Positions 1 through 12,600 of a stretch of 64,000 bases of DNA are shown piece after piece. Both the position numbers and the translations under genes were made by a program. Within the stretch, counting starts at the first letter, position 1. Each line of letters begins with the position of its first letter. The notes under the pieces were generated by a model. That model was not told where the DNA came from. It ran no database searches and saw only the letters and a list, made by a program, of their open reading frames with translations. Source of the stretch: Balamuthia mandrillaris (Eukaryota); assembly GCA_031835245.2 (NCBI GenBank), contig JAVKOQ020000061.1:1-64000 (forward strand), read 5' to 3'.

Positions 1-681
1 CGTGAAAGGCTTTTTACCCCAGTTGCAACCTGCAGCCAAGGCGAGGAGAGTCACGTTGTGATGCTGTTGCACGCCATAACATTGAACGAGAGGGTCGTAG
101 AGTCGGGAGAGCGAAGGTTCGTAGTCGTTGTGGTGGCAGTGCTGGCGCTGAGGGTTTTTAGGAAAGAGAGAGACGGAGCGACAGAAGACAGTTTGTTTGT
201 AGTAATCCTGACATGAGGCTGTTGTGGGGCCGAAGAGATGAACGCTATTGCCTTCTATCCAGCTGTTTACTCCAATGGGAGGGAGTTTCTTTTTAGGATG
301 AAACGAAACGTAAGCCATATGAAGAACCAAGAAAGGGGAGAGACAACGAAGAATGAAGAACGGAGAAATTGGAATGAAGAAAAGAGATACCAAATAATTG
401 ATAGGTTTCTTTTGTTTGGTGGAGACTTGGGCTTTGAAAGATGGATATATCTTTCCTTCTCTTGAAAACTTTCGAAGAATGTACTTTGCTCGGATCCATT
501 TTTCTTTTCGTTGACTGCATGGAATCATGTTAGTTTCAAAAGGAGGAATATAACAGCATATACGGAACTAAGTATCGTCAGGGGATGGGCGCTTGGTCCG
601 CCATGAGGGAGGTATGTCTTCTTCCCAAACTTTTCGGTGAGCAGCATTTCCTTTCGTCACCAATTCCTACAACACAAAACA

Positions 682-719
<38 letters not shown>

Positions 720-2625
720 GGAGAGAAGAGAAAAGAGAGAGAAAGAGAGGAGAAGAAGAAGAAGAAGAAGAAGAAAAAGAAGAAGAAAAAGAAGAAGAAC
801 AAGAAGAAAACAAGAACAAGAACAAGAACAAGAACAAGAAGAAGAAGAAGAAGAAGAAAAAGAAGAAGAAAAAGAAGAAGAACAAGAAGAAGCAACCTTG
901 ACGGATTCTTCAGTCCACATATCCAGGTCAAGCGACCGTATCTTGGAGATGTGAACACCAAGAGAGCGATGAATGCCAGAACATACCAAACATAAGAATA
1001 CTCCTAAGTTTATGGACACCCATCTTGGCTCTGTTTGTTCAGTATCTTATCGTAAGCTTGCCATTGAAGAAAAAGAAAAAGAAGAGCGAGAACAAGAAGA
1101 ACCTGAATCACCACATTCAACACAAACGTGGTTTTCTGGGAGAGCAGCAAACTGAGAAAGGCTTTCAGGAATAGCTCCGTCTCCGTTTACACAGTCCCTG
1201 CTGCTGTGTCTTCTTATCTTGAACATGGAGCCACGACTGGCGGCTCTTTTCCTCATCGCTTCTGTTCTTTGCTCCAATATGAGATTCGCCAACTCGTCAC
1301 TCTTATCTTTTCCTTTCGCATTCTCGTCCTTCTTTTTATCCTCCTCTCTGTCTTTCTCCCTTTCGCTCCCTCTCTCCTTTGCTTTCTTTTCCAAAGCGCT
1401 CTTGTTCTTGCTGGACGTGGTCGAAACCGTTGCAGCAGCTTTCCTTTGCTTCACCCGTGGACTCTCCTCTGATGATGTTGTCGGTAATGTGGATGATGAC
1501 TTTGATGTCGGCATCCTTGCAGAATAAGCTAGGTCGGTGGGCTCGGGAGAGACTTGATGTTTGATTTTGTTGGGTGTAACGGTGTGTCTGTCCTCTCTGG
1601 TGCGTCTCAGAGTTGGAGTTGTCAACAGCCCTTCGCTCAACTTTTGCATTCTGTTCACCCATTCGTTTTGTTGTTCCGCTTTGTAGATAAAGAAAAGGAG
1701 TCAGCAAGAAGGAAGAAAAAGAGAAAAGAGTAAAGCGAAAAGAAGCAGTGCACCGTTTTCGGCTTGAAAGTGATGAACGAGGTTGGGAGTGGCGATGTCA
1801 AAGCCGTTGTTCTTCGTCACTTTGATGGAACAGAGAAACATGCTTATTTTTCCTGCTGGCTCCAAATCCTGTTTTGTTCATTGTTTGTTGTTCAGCTCCT
1901 TTGTTGTTGGTCTTCTTCTTTTCCTTTCACTTTTCTCATAACAACAAAAAAACAAAAACAAAAAACAAAAAAATAACAAAAAATAACAAAAAATAACAAA
2001 AAATAACAAAAATAACAAAAAATAACAAACAAACAAACAAACAAACAAACAAACAAACAAACAAAAAAAAACAAAAAAAACAAAAAACTAAGAAAATAAA
2101 AAAACAGAAAAGAGAAAAAAAAAGAAAAGAAAAGAAAAACAAAAATAACTTCAAAATAAAAATAAATAAATAAATATAACAAAAAACCAAACAAACCTTT
2201 TTGTTCTTATAGTACAACAACTCGTCCCTCTCGAGCACGCACCAGTGCTTGCGCCACCCTTTTATCAGGTTGGAGCTGAGCTTCAGCAAAAAGCCGGACA
2301 GCACCACGTCGTTCAGCCTGGCCTTCATGGTGGAGGTGCGCGCCCGCGCCGCCGTCTCCTGCATTTCCTTCATGTAGATGGACATCTCTTCCGGCAGGGG
2401 GCTTTCCTCGGGCAACACTCCAGACTCGGCGGCCTCTTCTCCTCCATTTTCAGCAAGAGAAGAAGAAGAGGAAGGGGGTTGTTGATGCGGTGAAGAAGAA
2501 TAAACGGTTGAATGGAGCGTTTCGGCGCGTTGCTTATCTTTTTTGTTGAAGATCTTTCCGATGGAGGAGCCGATGCGAAAGGTGGCCGTTTTTTCCTTCT
2601 CCTCTTTCTCTTTGCTCTTGCTCAT
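1..2625 (-). CDS. PH domain + ArfGAP protein (centaurin/ACAP-like), multi-exon, 3' end runs off the window
   Basis: ATG at 2625. PH-like segment [31 protein letters not shown]. ArfGAP zinc finger split over exons: ENHVCVECG...[34 protein letters not shown] (657-1140). Confidence 0.88.
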
Positions 2626-3074
2626 TTCGTTCTTGTTGTTGTTGCGGTGGAGGCTTGTGGGCCGGTTGCTCTTCGTTGTTTTTATTCTTTTGCCACCATA
2701 ACAATAATGAAAGCAAAAAAAAGTAACTTTCGTGTTTGGAATTTGCTGAGGTCAATGAATTGTCTTGATCAACCCGCAACCCCTTCTCCCATAATCCGCT
2801 AGACATGATTTTGGGGAAATTCGCTTGGGCCGTTTCTGTTCTCTGTGTAATGTTATTAATAATGTTATTTTTGCAGACATATTACACTAATATTAATATA
2901 CTGCTATATATTACGTTGGTCCATCCAAGTGGTAATAATATTAGGGTCGATTAACCTAATATATCTATTATTCATAATAATATGTGAGTAAATAAACGGC
3001 TATTAGGCGATGATTTCTATGAAGTCTATTAGGTTGAACATATATCTCTATATCAACTATAAAAGAAAAGCAAA

Positions 3075-4422
3075 ATGCAAGAGGAGGAAGAAACGATGCT
3101 CACCGCAGAGACCTTCTTTCTGCCCGACGAGATCTTTTTGCAGGTGTTGGAGGGGATCCCTGCAAAGGACCTCCTGGCCTCCGTGTTTCTCGTGTGCAAA
3201 CGGTGGAAGCGTAAAGCGTCCGATGACTCTTTGGTTTGTGTGTTTTTTTTTTTTGTGAGATTTTATTTTTGTTTGTAACCAGAAATTGTTTTTTTTTAAG
3301 TGGAAGTCCAAATGTGCTTTGAGGTGGGGCTCTGATGCGGCCCATGAGGCACAGCACTGTGGCGTCACTGATTGGCTGGCTTACTTTTCTGAAAAGTACT
3401 TTTTTGTTGTTCTCCTCGTTTGCTTTGCTTTGCAGCTTGCTCTCTCTCTCTTCCTCCCTCTCCCTCTCCCTCTCCCTCTCTCCCTCCTCCTCTTTTCTAA
3501 CTTTTCTCTTCTCTTCGTTCGTGTGCTCTCTTTGGTTCATTCTCTTGCCGTCTTGCTGTCTTGCTCTGCTCTCCCTGCTCTCCCTGCTCTCTCTCGGCTC
3601 TCTCTGCTCTCTGCTCTCTTGTTCAAAACATAGAGTTCGATTCGAGGCTTTGCCGCTGTTGCCAGTTACTTACCGCAGCTCCATGAAAGGACCTTACCAG
3701 CCCTATTACTCCAACACTGCTTCCACAGAAGACCTCCTTTCCATCAGGAACTTCTTTGAGGTCGGAGCTTTCTGTTTTCAAGAGGGGCAGCTCGCTGAGG
3801 CAATTCGAGCTTTGGAGGTGGAGGTTGTGCGACATCCTATGAACCATCGAGCTTGGGCCTTGCTTGCCAAAGCTCATATGGAAAACGATTGCGACACACC
3901 GTTCGTTCCTTCTTGTTCTTCTTCTTGTTGTTCTTCTTGTCATAACTTTATGGGTGTTCTTTGTTATCTGCTGCTTTCTACTTTACAATAACGGTTGCTA
4001 ATACCTTTGTTGAACTAGGTCGATTTACTGTGCCTGCACAGCGCTTAGAATAGAACCAAGCAACAGAGACGTTTTGTTGGATTTAGCAGTCAGCTTCATT
4101 AACGAAGTTGAAAGTGGCCATGTTTGTTCTCTCTCACACTCTCCCCCTCCCTCACTACTTTCACTATTAATACTGACGACAACGGAAAAAAACAAAACAC
4201 AAAGGCCAGTTACTTTTTGTCGCAATGGCTGTTATATTCTCCTTACAAAGCCAAGTTGGAGGGCTTTACACAATCCAACGTTTCGATGTTTTCTGAAAAC
4301 GAGTTCGCATCAGCAGGCAATTCACTCTCCGCGTTGAAAAAAGTGTTTTCAGAGATTATCGAGGAGCATCCTGATGACGTTGAAGTTAGAATCACTTTAG
4401 GTTTGGCTTCTCTGCTATTCAT

Positions 4423-4463
<41 letters not shown>

Positions 4464-7023
4464 TTCTCTCTCTTCTCTCTCTCTCTCTCTCGGTTTTCTG
4501 TTCTATTTTCAACATTTCACTTACGGAGACTTGAAAAAAGGCGTGCTGGAAACAGCTTCGTTCGACTTTACAAAAGCAATCCAACATTATGAGCAAGCTC
4601 TTAAAGTGGACCCCACTAACTACGCCTTGTGGAATAAACTTGGTCAGTCTCCTGCATTCTCTTTTAGGTGTTTTTAAACAAGACATCATTCATTAATGCC
4701 ATATTACATTCTATATCAGGAGCAACACGAGCCAACTCTACCCTTGCCCTCCATGCCTGTATGTCCAATCTCTTTCATTTTTCATGATTACCTCTCTAAC
4801 TAATGGAGTTTTACTGAACAATAAGGCCATGCATACCAAGAGGCTCTTCGTTTACGTCCAGGATACGTTCGCTGTTTGGCCAACGTTGGCATCGCCCATC
4901 AATTAATGAACAGTCCTCGGACAGCTGTTGCTTGGTGGACCACTGCTCTCTTGTAAGACCTTTTTCCCCCTCCTTTCTTTTCTTCTTTTTTTTTTCCGTG
5001 TCCTCACTTTCGTTTGTTTACTGCAGGCGCAATCCAAATGCAAGACACATATGGGACTATCTCCGAATGCAATTCTTGGAGGATAACACGGAAACAGCTC
5101 AATTAAAAGAGGCAGTTACACGACAGGACGTTTCTTGGCTGCAAAAACACTTTATTGATGAGGAGACCGAACCTCTTTCCGTCATTCCTCCAAATCACAA
5201 CGAACAAGAAGACAGGCCACCAATATCAACGACTGAATCAACAGTGGACTCTTTTTATCAAGATTGGCTACGAAACATGAATCAAGAGTCGGGGAGTGAG
5301 GATCCTCAAGTAAAAGAAGAAGAAGAAGAAGAAGAAGAAGAAGGAGAAAAAGGAGCACCAGAAGAAATGAAGGAAGAAGAAGCAAAACCACAAGGGCGAT
5401 TGTCATTTGCTGAAGTTATGCGGATGATTCAGGAAGGAAAGACGCCAAGCGATGTTCAGCAGATCGATGATAAGCCGCCAAACCCGAATGCTCCGATTGT
5501 GAAAGGCCAAAGGGCTGCTCCTTTGAAGGTATGTATATGTTTTATTATTTCGTTTTCTCGACGACTTTTCTCTTCCACGAATAACCGAGAATTACTTTCT
5601 TAAATAATAGCCGTGGCAACGTGCTAAGAAAGAAAAAGAAACTACATCAATAGAAAAACAAGCGGTAGCAACACAGCAATTCACCAACAACACTAACAGC
5701 AGTCTTCTTAGCAGTTCAACACTAGCGTCAAACTCTGGTACCAGCAGCAACAGCACGTCAACAGTTGCTTTTAACAACTTGAACCAACAACAAACAGACA
5801 GCACAATCACTTCCAAAGGAATGCCCATATTTACAGTTGACGCTTTCACTTCCAAGGTTCTTTCTTCTTTTTTCTTCTACCCTGTGTTTATTGTTAACTG
5901 CTTATTTCATCATGGTTAGCCTTTTGCAGGAAATCCGGCAGCAGTTTGTCTTCTACCCTTTCCCTCAGCTCTTTCCGAAGCTCTCATGTCAAAGATTGCC
6001 GCCGAAATGAATCTCTCGGAAACAGCTTTCGTTTGTCCTCTTCCTCTAGATCCTCTTTCCTCCACTCCTTCGGCAACAAGTTACAAAACAGCGAAGCGTT
6101 TTGGTCTTCGGTGGTTCACGCCTACCAACGAAGTGGCTTTATGCGGACATGCAACCTTGGCCACCGCACATGTTCTCTTTCATGAAGTTAAAGTTCCGCT
6201 GAACAGCATCACGTTCAGCACTCTTAGTGGAGACCTCATCGTGGAACGCAAACGCGTTGACGAAAGGCAAAAGGAACAAGGAGACTCGGAGGAAGGAACG
6301 ATGATGAGCATGAACTTTCCCCAAGGATTTCCTGAACTGGTGGAAATGCCAGTTGAATCAGTGGTTCTTCCTTTGTTAGGCGCCATGGGTTTACACCTAT
6401 CCGATCTTCTTCCTGTTCCTGCTTCTTCGTCTTTGTCCTCTCTTTCTTCATCTGCATCCTCTCAACTGTTTTCGTTTTGTCAGAAAACGAAAAAGTTGGT
6501 ATTGCACCTCAAGTCAGTTCAGCGGCTGTTAGAAGTGAACCCGGATCAAAAAGCGTTGCTGGCTCTTCGGTTTCCCTCCAATGTTCCTGTTCGCGGTGTT
6601 ATGATTACCACTCTCGGCGGTAACTCTACTCTCTTGTCTTCTTTCCCTTGCTACGAGGGTGAGGAGGCTCTGAGACTAAGAGAAGAAAGCATTGCTGTCT
6701 TTCCAACTTGGGATCGTTACGACTTCATTTCACGGTACTTCTCTCCGTGGAACGGCATTGAAGAGGATCCTGTACTCATTTCTCTCTCACTTCTGTCGTT
6801 GCTTACTTCTGTCTTACGTTTTTTCTGATTTGAAAAGGTAACTGGATCAGCACATACAGTATTGGCTGTTTATTGGAGCGAGCTTTTGGGAAAAGACGAA
6901 CTAAGAGCGTTTCAGGCAAGCAAACGTGGTGGTGAGCTGTTCATCCGGTTGGATCGTAGTAGTGGGCGGGTTAGTTTGGAAGGCACCGCCGTCACAGTGT
7001 TTGGCGGCCGACTTCGTGTTTGA
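3075..7023 (+). CDS. Multidomain fusion: F-box + PEX5-like TPR + KPWE-like domain + PhzF/PBLD-family isomerase
   Basis: F-box LPDEIFLQVL...VCKRWK. PEX5-like TPRs AWALLAKAHMEND, LDLAVSFINE, ALWNKLGATRANS, PGYVRCLANVG, HIWDYLRM. KPWE-like LSFAEVMRMIQEGK...PPNPN...LK|PWQ. PhzF motifs VDAF..PFAGNPAAV, EMNLSETAF, LCGHATLA, EDPVTGSAH. I could join all exons in frame with GT-AG introns; stop TGA at 7021-7023. Confidence 0.8.
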
Positions 7024-7204
7024 ATGAATTCACTTCTTTTCCTTCAACCTCTCTTCTCTCTTTTACTCAATTCCTAACAAACAGACAGTCCGAATGAACA
7101 ATTCAAGTCAACAGAGTACATCACAAAACAGAATACACAACATATTTGAAGTACGTGCACTTTTTTTGCCTTCCTCTTTCCCTTACTGCACCTTTCGTTC
7201 GTTT

Positions 7205-8999
7205 CTAGAAACTGTCTTCACTGGATCTATCGTCTTCCTCAAATGCATCATCACTATCCTTCTCCTTCTCCTTCTCTTCTCCTCCGCTGCTGCTGCCACT
7301 CGTCTTGGTTGACGACAACGAAGTCGACGAAGAGGAAGAGCTCGACGGCAGCTTCTCCACTGATTTTTTCCAAAATCTCCACCCACTGGCCTTCCTCTTG
7401 TGCCCCATAGCAGCCGGTGTCTTGGCTGCCTCCGATGCTCCTCCCCCATTCACCGGCAGCTTCAAGGCCGTCTCCTTGGGTACGGCTTCCTCCCTCTCCA
7501 CCCCCCTCCACACCATGATGACGTTGCCGGCGCTGCCACAGAGCAAGCCGTTGCTGCAGACCTTGATGACTCTAACTCCCTTCTCATTCTCATCCCTCAG
7601 CACGAACTGGGACTTGCCCTCTGCATCCCAGATGTAAACTCCTCTCGAGTCAAAATGACCGCTGCTCACCAACAAGCCTTTCCACACTTTGAGGCAAAAT
7701 ACACCGCTGCGTGGCCCCTCGATGACTCTTAGGCACTCTCCGCTCTCCCTCCACACTCGGATGGTCTTATCGCTGCTGCCGCTATAGAGCTGGTCGCCCC
7801 AGGCCAGCAGGCAGTTGACCTGGCCGGTGTGGCCAGTGAGGATCACGTCTGCGGTGCCTTCCTTCAAGTTCCAGCCACGAATGGAGAAGTCCTTGCTGCC
7901 GCTCCAGAGTTTGCGCTTCCAGCTCTTCAGGCAGAGCACGCCGTTGTCGTGCCCTTCCAAGATCTTTATACATTTGCCCTGTTGGTTCCACACGCGGATG
8001 CGCTCCATCTTTTGCCCGCTGGAGATGAGGTAAGAGCGGGACTTGCCCCGAAGAATCTTCAGGCAGTTGATGGTATCCTCGCTCCCTTCCATCACCATCG
8101 CGCAGGAGAGGTTCTCCCGCCAGCAGCGAATGGTTTTGTCCATCGACCCCGTTACCAGAAAGTTCCCCCAACCTTTGAAAGCAGAGAAACGGATGAGACG
8201 GAAGCATTGCATAAGGAAGACGAACGAGAGCGAGAGAGAGACAGACAGACGAGAGAGAGAGAGAGAGACAGAGAGAGACAGAGAGAGAGAGAGAGACAGA
8301 GAGAGAGAAAAGAAACTGTGGAACGAATAAAGAAAAGAACAGCACCTTTGAGAGCGTAGATTCCAGACTCGTGGCCCAGTAGTTTGCCCTTCTCCAAGAA
8401 ACGCAAACCCCTTGGGCCTCTATCCTCCTCCCACACGATAACGGAGGCGTCATTGCTGCCAGTCCACAGCTTGTTCTTCCAGATGGCCATGCACTTGACC
8501 ACGTTCTTGTGTCCCCTCATCACGCTCGAGTGTGCCTCCTCTCCTGGCCACGAGTCTTCCAACTGTGAAATCTGTGTGTTCGAGAAGCAGGAAGCAAGGT
8601 AGAAGAAATGAAGTGCCCAACCAGTGAACAAACAAGCATTAATGAAAGAGAGAGTCAAAAGTTTGTTACCTCCCAAGCTCGTATTGTGTCATCCCCGCTT
8701 CCACTCAACAGACAGTCTTTCCACACTTTCATGCACTCGACCCATCCGTTTCCGAAATGGCCTCTCAGAACGCCCACCTCCTCCACGTCAAAGTGAGTCA
8801 ACAGCTCTTTGTCCATGGGTTCCTCCTGGGTTGCCTTCCGCGGATGGGCTGTGGCCACGGCACCGGAGGTCAGAGGCCCGACGGAAGCTCGCAGAGGACT
8901 ACGCGCATTTGTAGGAGAGTTGAGCGGGCTTTCGTAGGTGGCCAGTACCTCATTGAAGCTTGTTTTCCGAGAGAGTGAATTTGAAGTGCCACCGTTCAT
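7205..8999 (-). CDS. WD40-repeat protein (myosin heavy chain kinase WD40-like repeats)
   Basis: Repeated GH...SGS.D.TIR.W units (GHFGNG...SGSGDDTIRAW; GHKNVV...TGSNDASVIVW; GHTGQV...SGSSDKTIRVW) across three exons. Confidence 0.88.
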
Positions 9000-9611
9000 T
9001 ATTATAAGGACGAAATAAAAAGAAGTTGCAGTTGTGTTCTTGGTCCAATACAAGTGGTAAAAATAGTAGATAGAAGGCACCGCTTTCTCCCCGAACTTTG
9101 TCTTTGAGAAAGAAAATACACTGCTATAGTGGCTTGAAGAGAGGACTCCGATTTCCCTCCGAAATCCCTCCGGTCCGTTTGGAACACTTCAAGGTCCTTC
9201 CCAGTCTGGCCCACCTCCTCTGCTGCCCGACCGCGCAGCTCTACAAGCAACACAGACCTCCTTCCAAAAAAGAATGGCAAATGCTTTTTTTTTTTTTTGC
9301 TTTGTTTGATAGTGTATATATGCGTGAGACTTGTGGTTTTGTTGTTTGTCCAACAGGTTTTCCCATTTTTGGGGCATTATTCCTTTTATAGATTCTAAAC
9401 GAGGAGTCATTTAAAAATAGCCCTTTAAAAGGCCCATCAGGATGTTCGTGTCGACCCGAAATATTATGTCCGCGTCGACGCGATAAAAATGAATATTCTT
9501 CGATCATGGAATGTTCAACATTCCATTTGTTCATGCGCGTAAACTGTTCATATTGCTTATCTTTGTAGAAAAAGTTTGGTGTTGTTTGTTTGTGTACAAT
9601 GAAGTCCATGG

Positions 9612-12600
9612 TTACTCAGAGGCAGGAGACATCTCCATTCCGTCCTCCTCCCCAAAGTTGACCTTGGTGCTTCTCCTGCTCCTTGCTTCTTTGTTGTATG
9701 CTGGTCACACACCACACCTGTCAGCTGCAATCAAACACACCAAAAGGAAAACAACGCAGAGACATGTCCAGCAGGAATGTTACCTTTGTTTCGTTTCCAA
9801 ATGATAAAGTATCCAACCGCGATGACAACGACCACGATGATGAATGCTGAGGGCACCAGCGCAGCTGCCAATATGGTGACCAGCTCGCTGTCTCCCCCTG
9901 AATCGTTGCCCTCTCCGTCGGTGTCCTCTCCTTCATTTAAGAGAACCGCAAAGTCGGAGAAATGGTTTGTCCGTCCAATCACCATTAGCTCTGTGAACCC
10001 ATCACCCTCCCCCAAAGTCCTGTTAGCCTCATCACTGGAAGAATTGCTGAGAGCATAAAGCTCCAGAGGATCAGGATTGCATTCCCAGCGCCCTGCATCC
10101 TCGTTGATGAAGGCCAAACAAACGTCGTCCAACGAGACACCATCCGGCAAGACAACGGCGAAGATGAGCAGTATGTCGTCTTCAAACGTGGTCACTTTGC
10201 GGAAGGACAGTTCCACCAGGGAAGAATAGACCTTGGAGAGACGAGCGCTGATACGTTCTTCACCTCGGCCCTCGTCAGATGCATCCCCTGAAAGAGGAGA
10301 GCAAGTCGGTAACATTGAAAGAGTAATTCAAAAAAAAAAAAAACAGGTTGAAAGTACGCACATCCCAAGTCACTGCTACTGTCGCCATCGCCAGAGTAGT
10401 CCTTTTCACCAGGAAAGAGGTATTGAAGAACGTCATCAAAGCTTTTGGAGTTAATGCTGAACTCTTCATCCTCAGCAAAGTTAGCTAAAACTTCTGGAGG
10501 TATCTCCACAGACAGCAAAGCATCGAAAGAGGAGTCTCCAGCATCGGTGGCTCGGCTCTCAGGCACCGTGATGACGAATTTTGTGGTTGGCTGTTCGCCG
10601 CCTCTCACGGTCAACGAGAATGATTCAGGAATCCTCAGTGCTGCTGGCTGTTTTGCTGACGATTAACGAGAAGGACGGGCCATTGGATGAGATAGAAATG
10701 TACATACCCTGTAGCAAGTAGTAAGTTGGTCAAAAGGCACACAAAGACCAGTGCCGGGGCATGGAACATGTCCTACAAAACATCTAGTGGCAGCGGTATT
10801 GCATTCTAATGGGCCCTGGGTGCACTTCCCTGTTGGACACTGTTGTAATGTTAATCAAAGGTAACTTGGCATCTCTCTGCAATGAGGTTTGACGCACCTG
10901 GAAGTAGGGACACCCTTGTAATGGTACTGCTTCGCATTCTAACGGGAACCGACACATGCCGTCGGTATTACATAGCTTTAGGCCTGGGGGACACAGTACG
11001 TCAGGAATGGTGCAATTCTCTGCTGGATTTAAGCATCTGCCGTAGCACCTGTTGATACAACAAACGAACGAATGAATAAACGAGAAGAGAAAGAAGATGA
11101 ACAAACAATAACAACAGCAGGGCGGAAGTGATGGAGAGCAAAAATGATACCGTTTCGATCTGGTGATAGGACAAGGGGGAACAGGCTTACAAAACTTAAC
11201 ATGTGAGGCACAAGCTCCATCTGGGCATGTCACAGGCTTCTCGGGTGTATCCAGCTTGCATGTGCTTCCTATCCCACATTCAAAGCTAAACCTGACACAT
11301 GTTCCGCTGCTGCAAGCGAAGCACTTGCCTTCCTTCTTGCACGGATCACTTGTTGGCCCGCAAGCAGGCAGCGTGGTACATTGTGCCAATGAGTCAGCAC
11401 AAGCGCCCGAGGGACAGCGAACAACAGCACAGAGGGGCGGAAGAGTAGGGTCTCCACCCAACTGAGCTTTGCAAGCAGTGCTGCAGAGGTTCTCTTTCAC
11501 TTCAGTCTGCTGGTTTGGTGAGACCACCTTGCAGCGAGGCGAGAGGCTCTCCACGCGGCCACATCGTTGATTCTTGTTTGTGAAAGGAGGAGCTTCATCT
11601 CCAGGTTGCAGCTCGATGGTGATGGGAACGAAACAGGCTATATCTTGAGAACAGGTGTCTCTGTCTGCTCTGTTTGCTACAGGTCGAATTCGGAAGGTTT
11701 GTCAAGTTAGCAAAGCAGAAGATGAAGTTGCACAAGAACAAGAACAAGAGATGAACAAGAACAAGGACGGAGGGAAAAGAGTACGATAGACAACGACGAA
11801 CTAACCAGAAAAGGTTGTGTCCATGATAACGACATCAGGTTCTTCGAGTGGTTCCAAGACATCAAAGTTTGCATCATTTGAGAACTGCGTGAGTCTGGCT
11901 TGTATGAAACTAGGGAAGATCTCCTTCAGCTCATCCGGGAAAGGGATAACGCCAAAAGCCCCTCCCACCCAAGCAAAGTTGTCCTCAAAGATCGAGTCCT
12001 CATTTATCCTTAACCTAGCCATGTCCCCAGACCACGCCAATGCTCCTGTTGTTGTTGTAAGTTAGGCAGAATACAGAAAGAACTGAGATGAAGCGCTCAC
12101 CTGCCAGGCCTTGTCTCGCTCTGTTGCTCTTGAACGTCGAGGAGCTCAACGACAGGGTCCCTGAGCGCCAGGACAACCAAGCCCCTCCTGCTGCCACCTC
12201 TGCCTCATTATTGTTGAACAAGAGGCCGCTCCAGGCAGCATTCAAGTTGCCCGACTCGACCCACAAGCCAGCCGCCACTTTGGCCTTATTGTTGAGAAAG
12301 TCTATATCCGCTAAGTAAACCGACTTTTCCACCTCGATGCGCGTGAGGGAGCCTGTTTCTTCTTCCTCGAACCCTTCCGCTTTTGCCTCTCGTTCCTTGG
12401 CACGTGATGGTCGTTCTTCGTTATTGGGCGGTCGGTGTGCGATGAACACTGAAGCTGCTTCTGCGAGGTTGTCTCTGAAGAGGCAGTTTTCGATGTAGAC
12501 TTGGTCGGAGTCTGGCGTAAACAAGCATATATCAGCACTTAACTTGGTATATAGGAGAGAAGAGCAGAAGAAGCAAATTACCAGTCCACAAGCCAGCGCC

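Noticed and set aside
578..995. Poly-F/L/K/R/E ORFs here and at 15386-15778, 19353-19740, 35926-36234, 52567-52950 and 54806-55392
   Set aside because: They arise from stop-free microsatellites in introns or intergenic DNA and show no coding signal.
2840..3065. AT-rich island as a possible foreign insertion
   Set aside because: Short, with no terminal repeats or ORF; consistent with a divergent promoter.
3373..3387. WLAYF as a PEX5-type WxxxF motif
   Set aside because: It sits where F-box proteins commonly have a W..xY helix, so it is not independent evidence.
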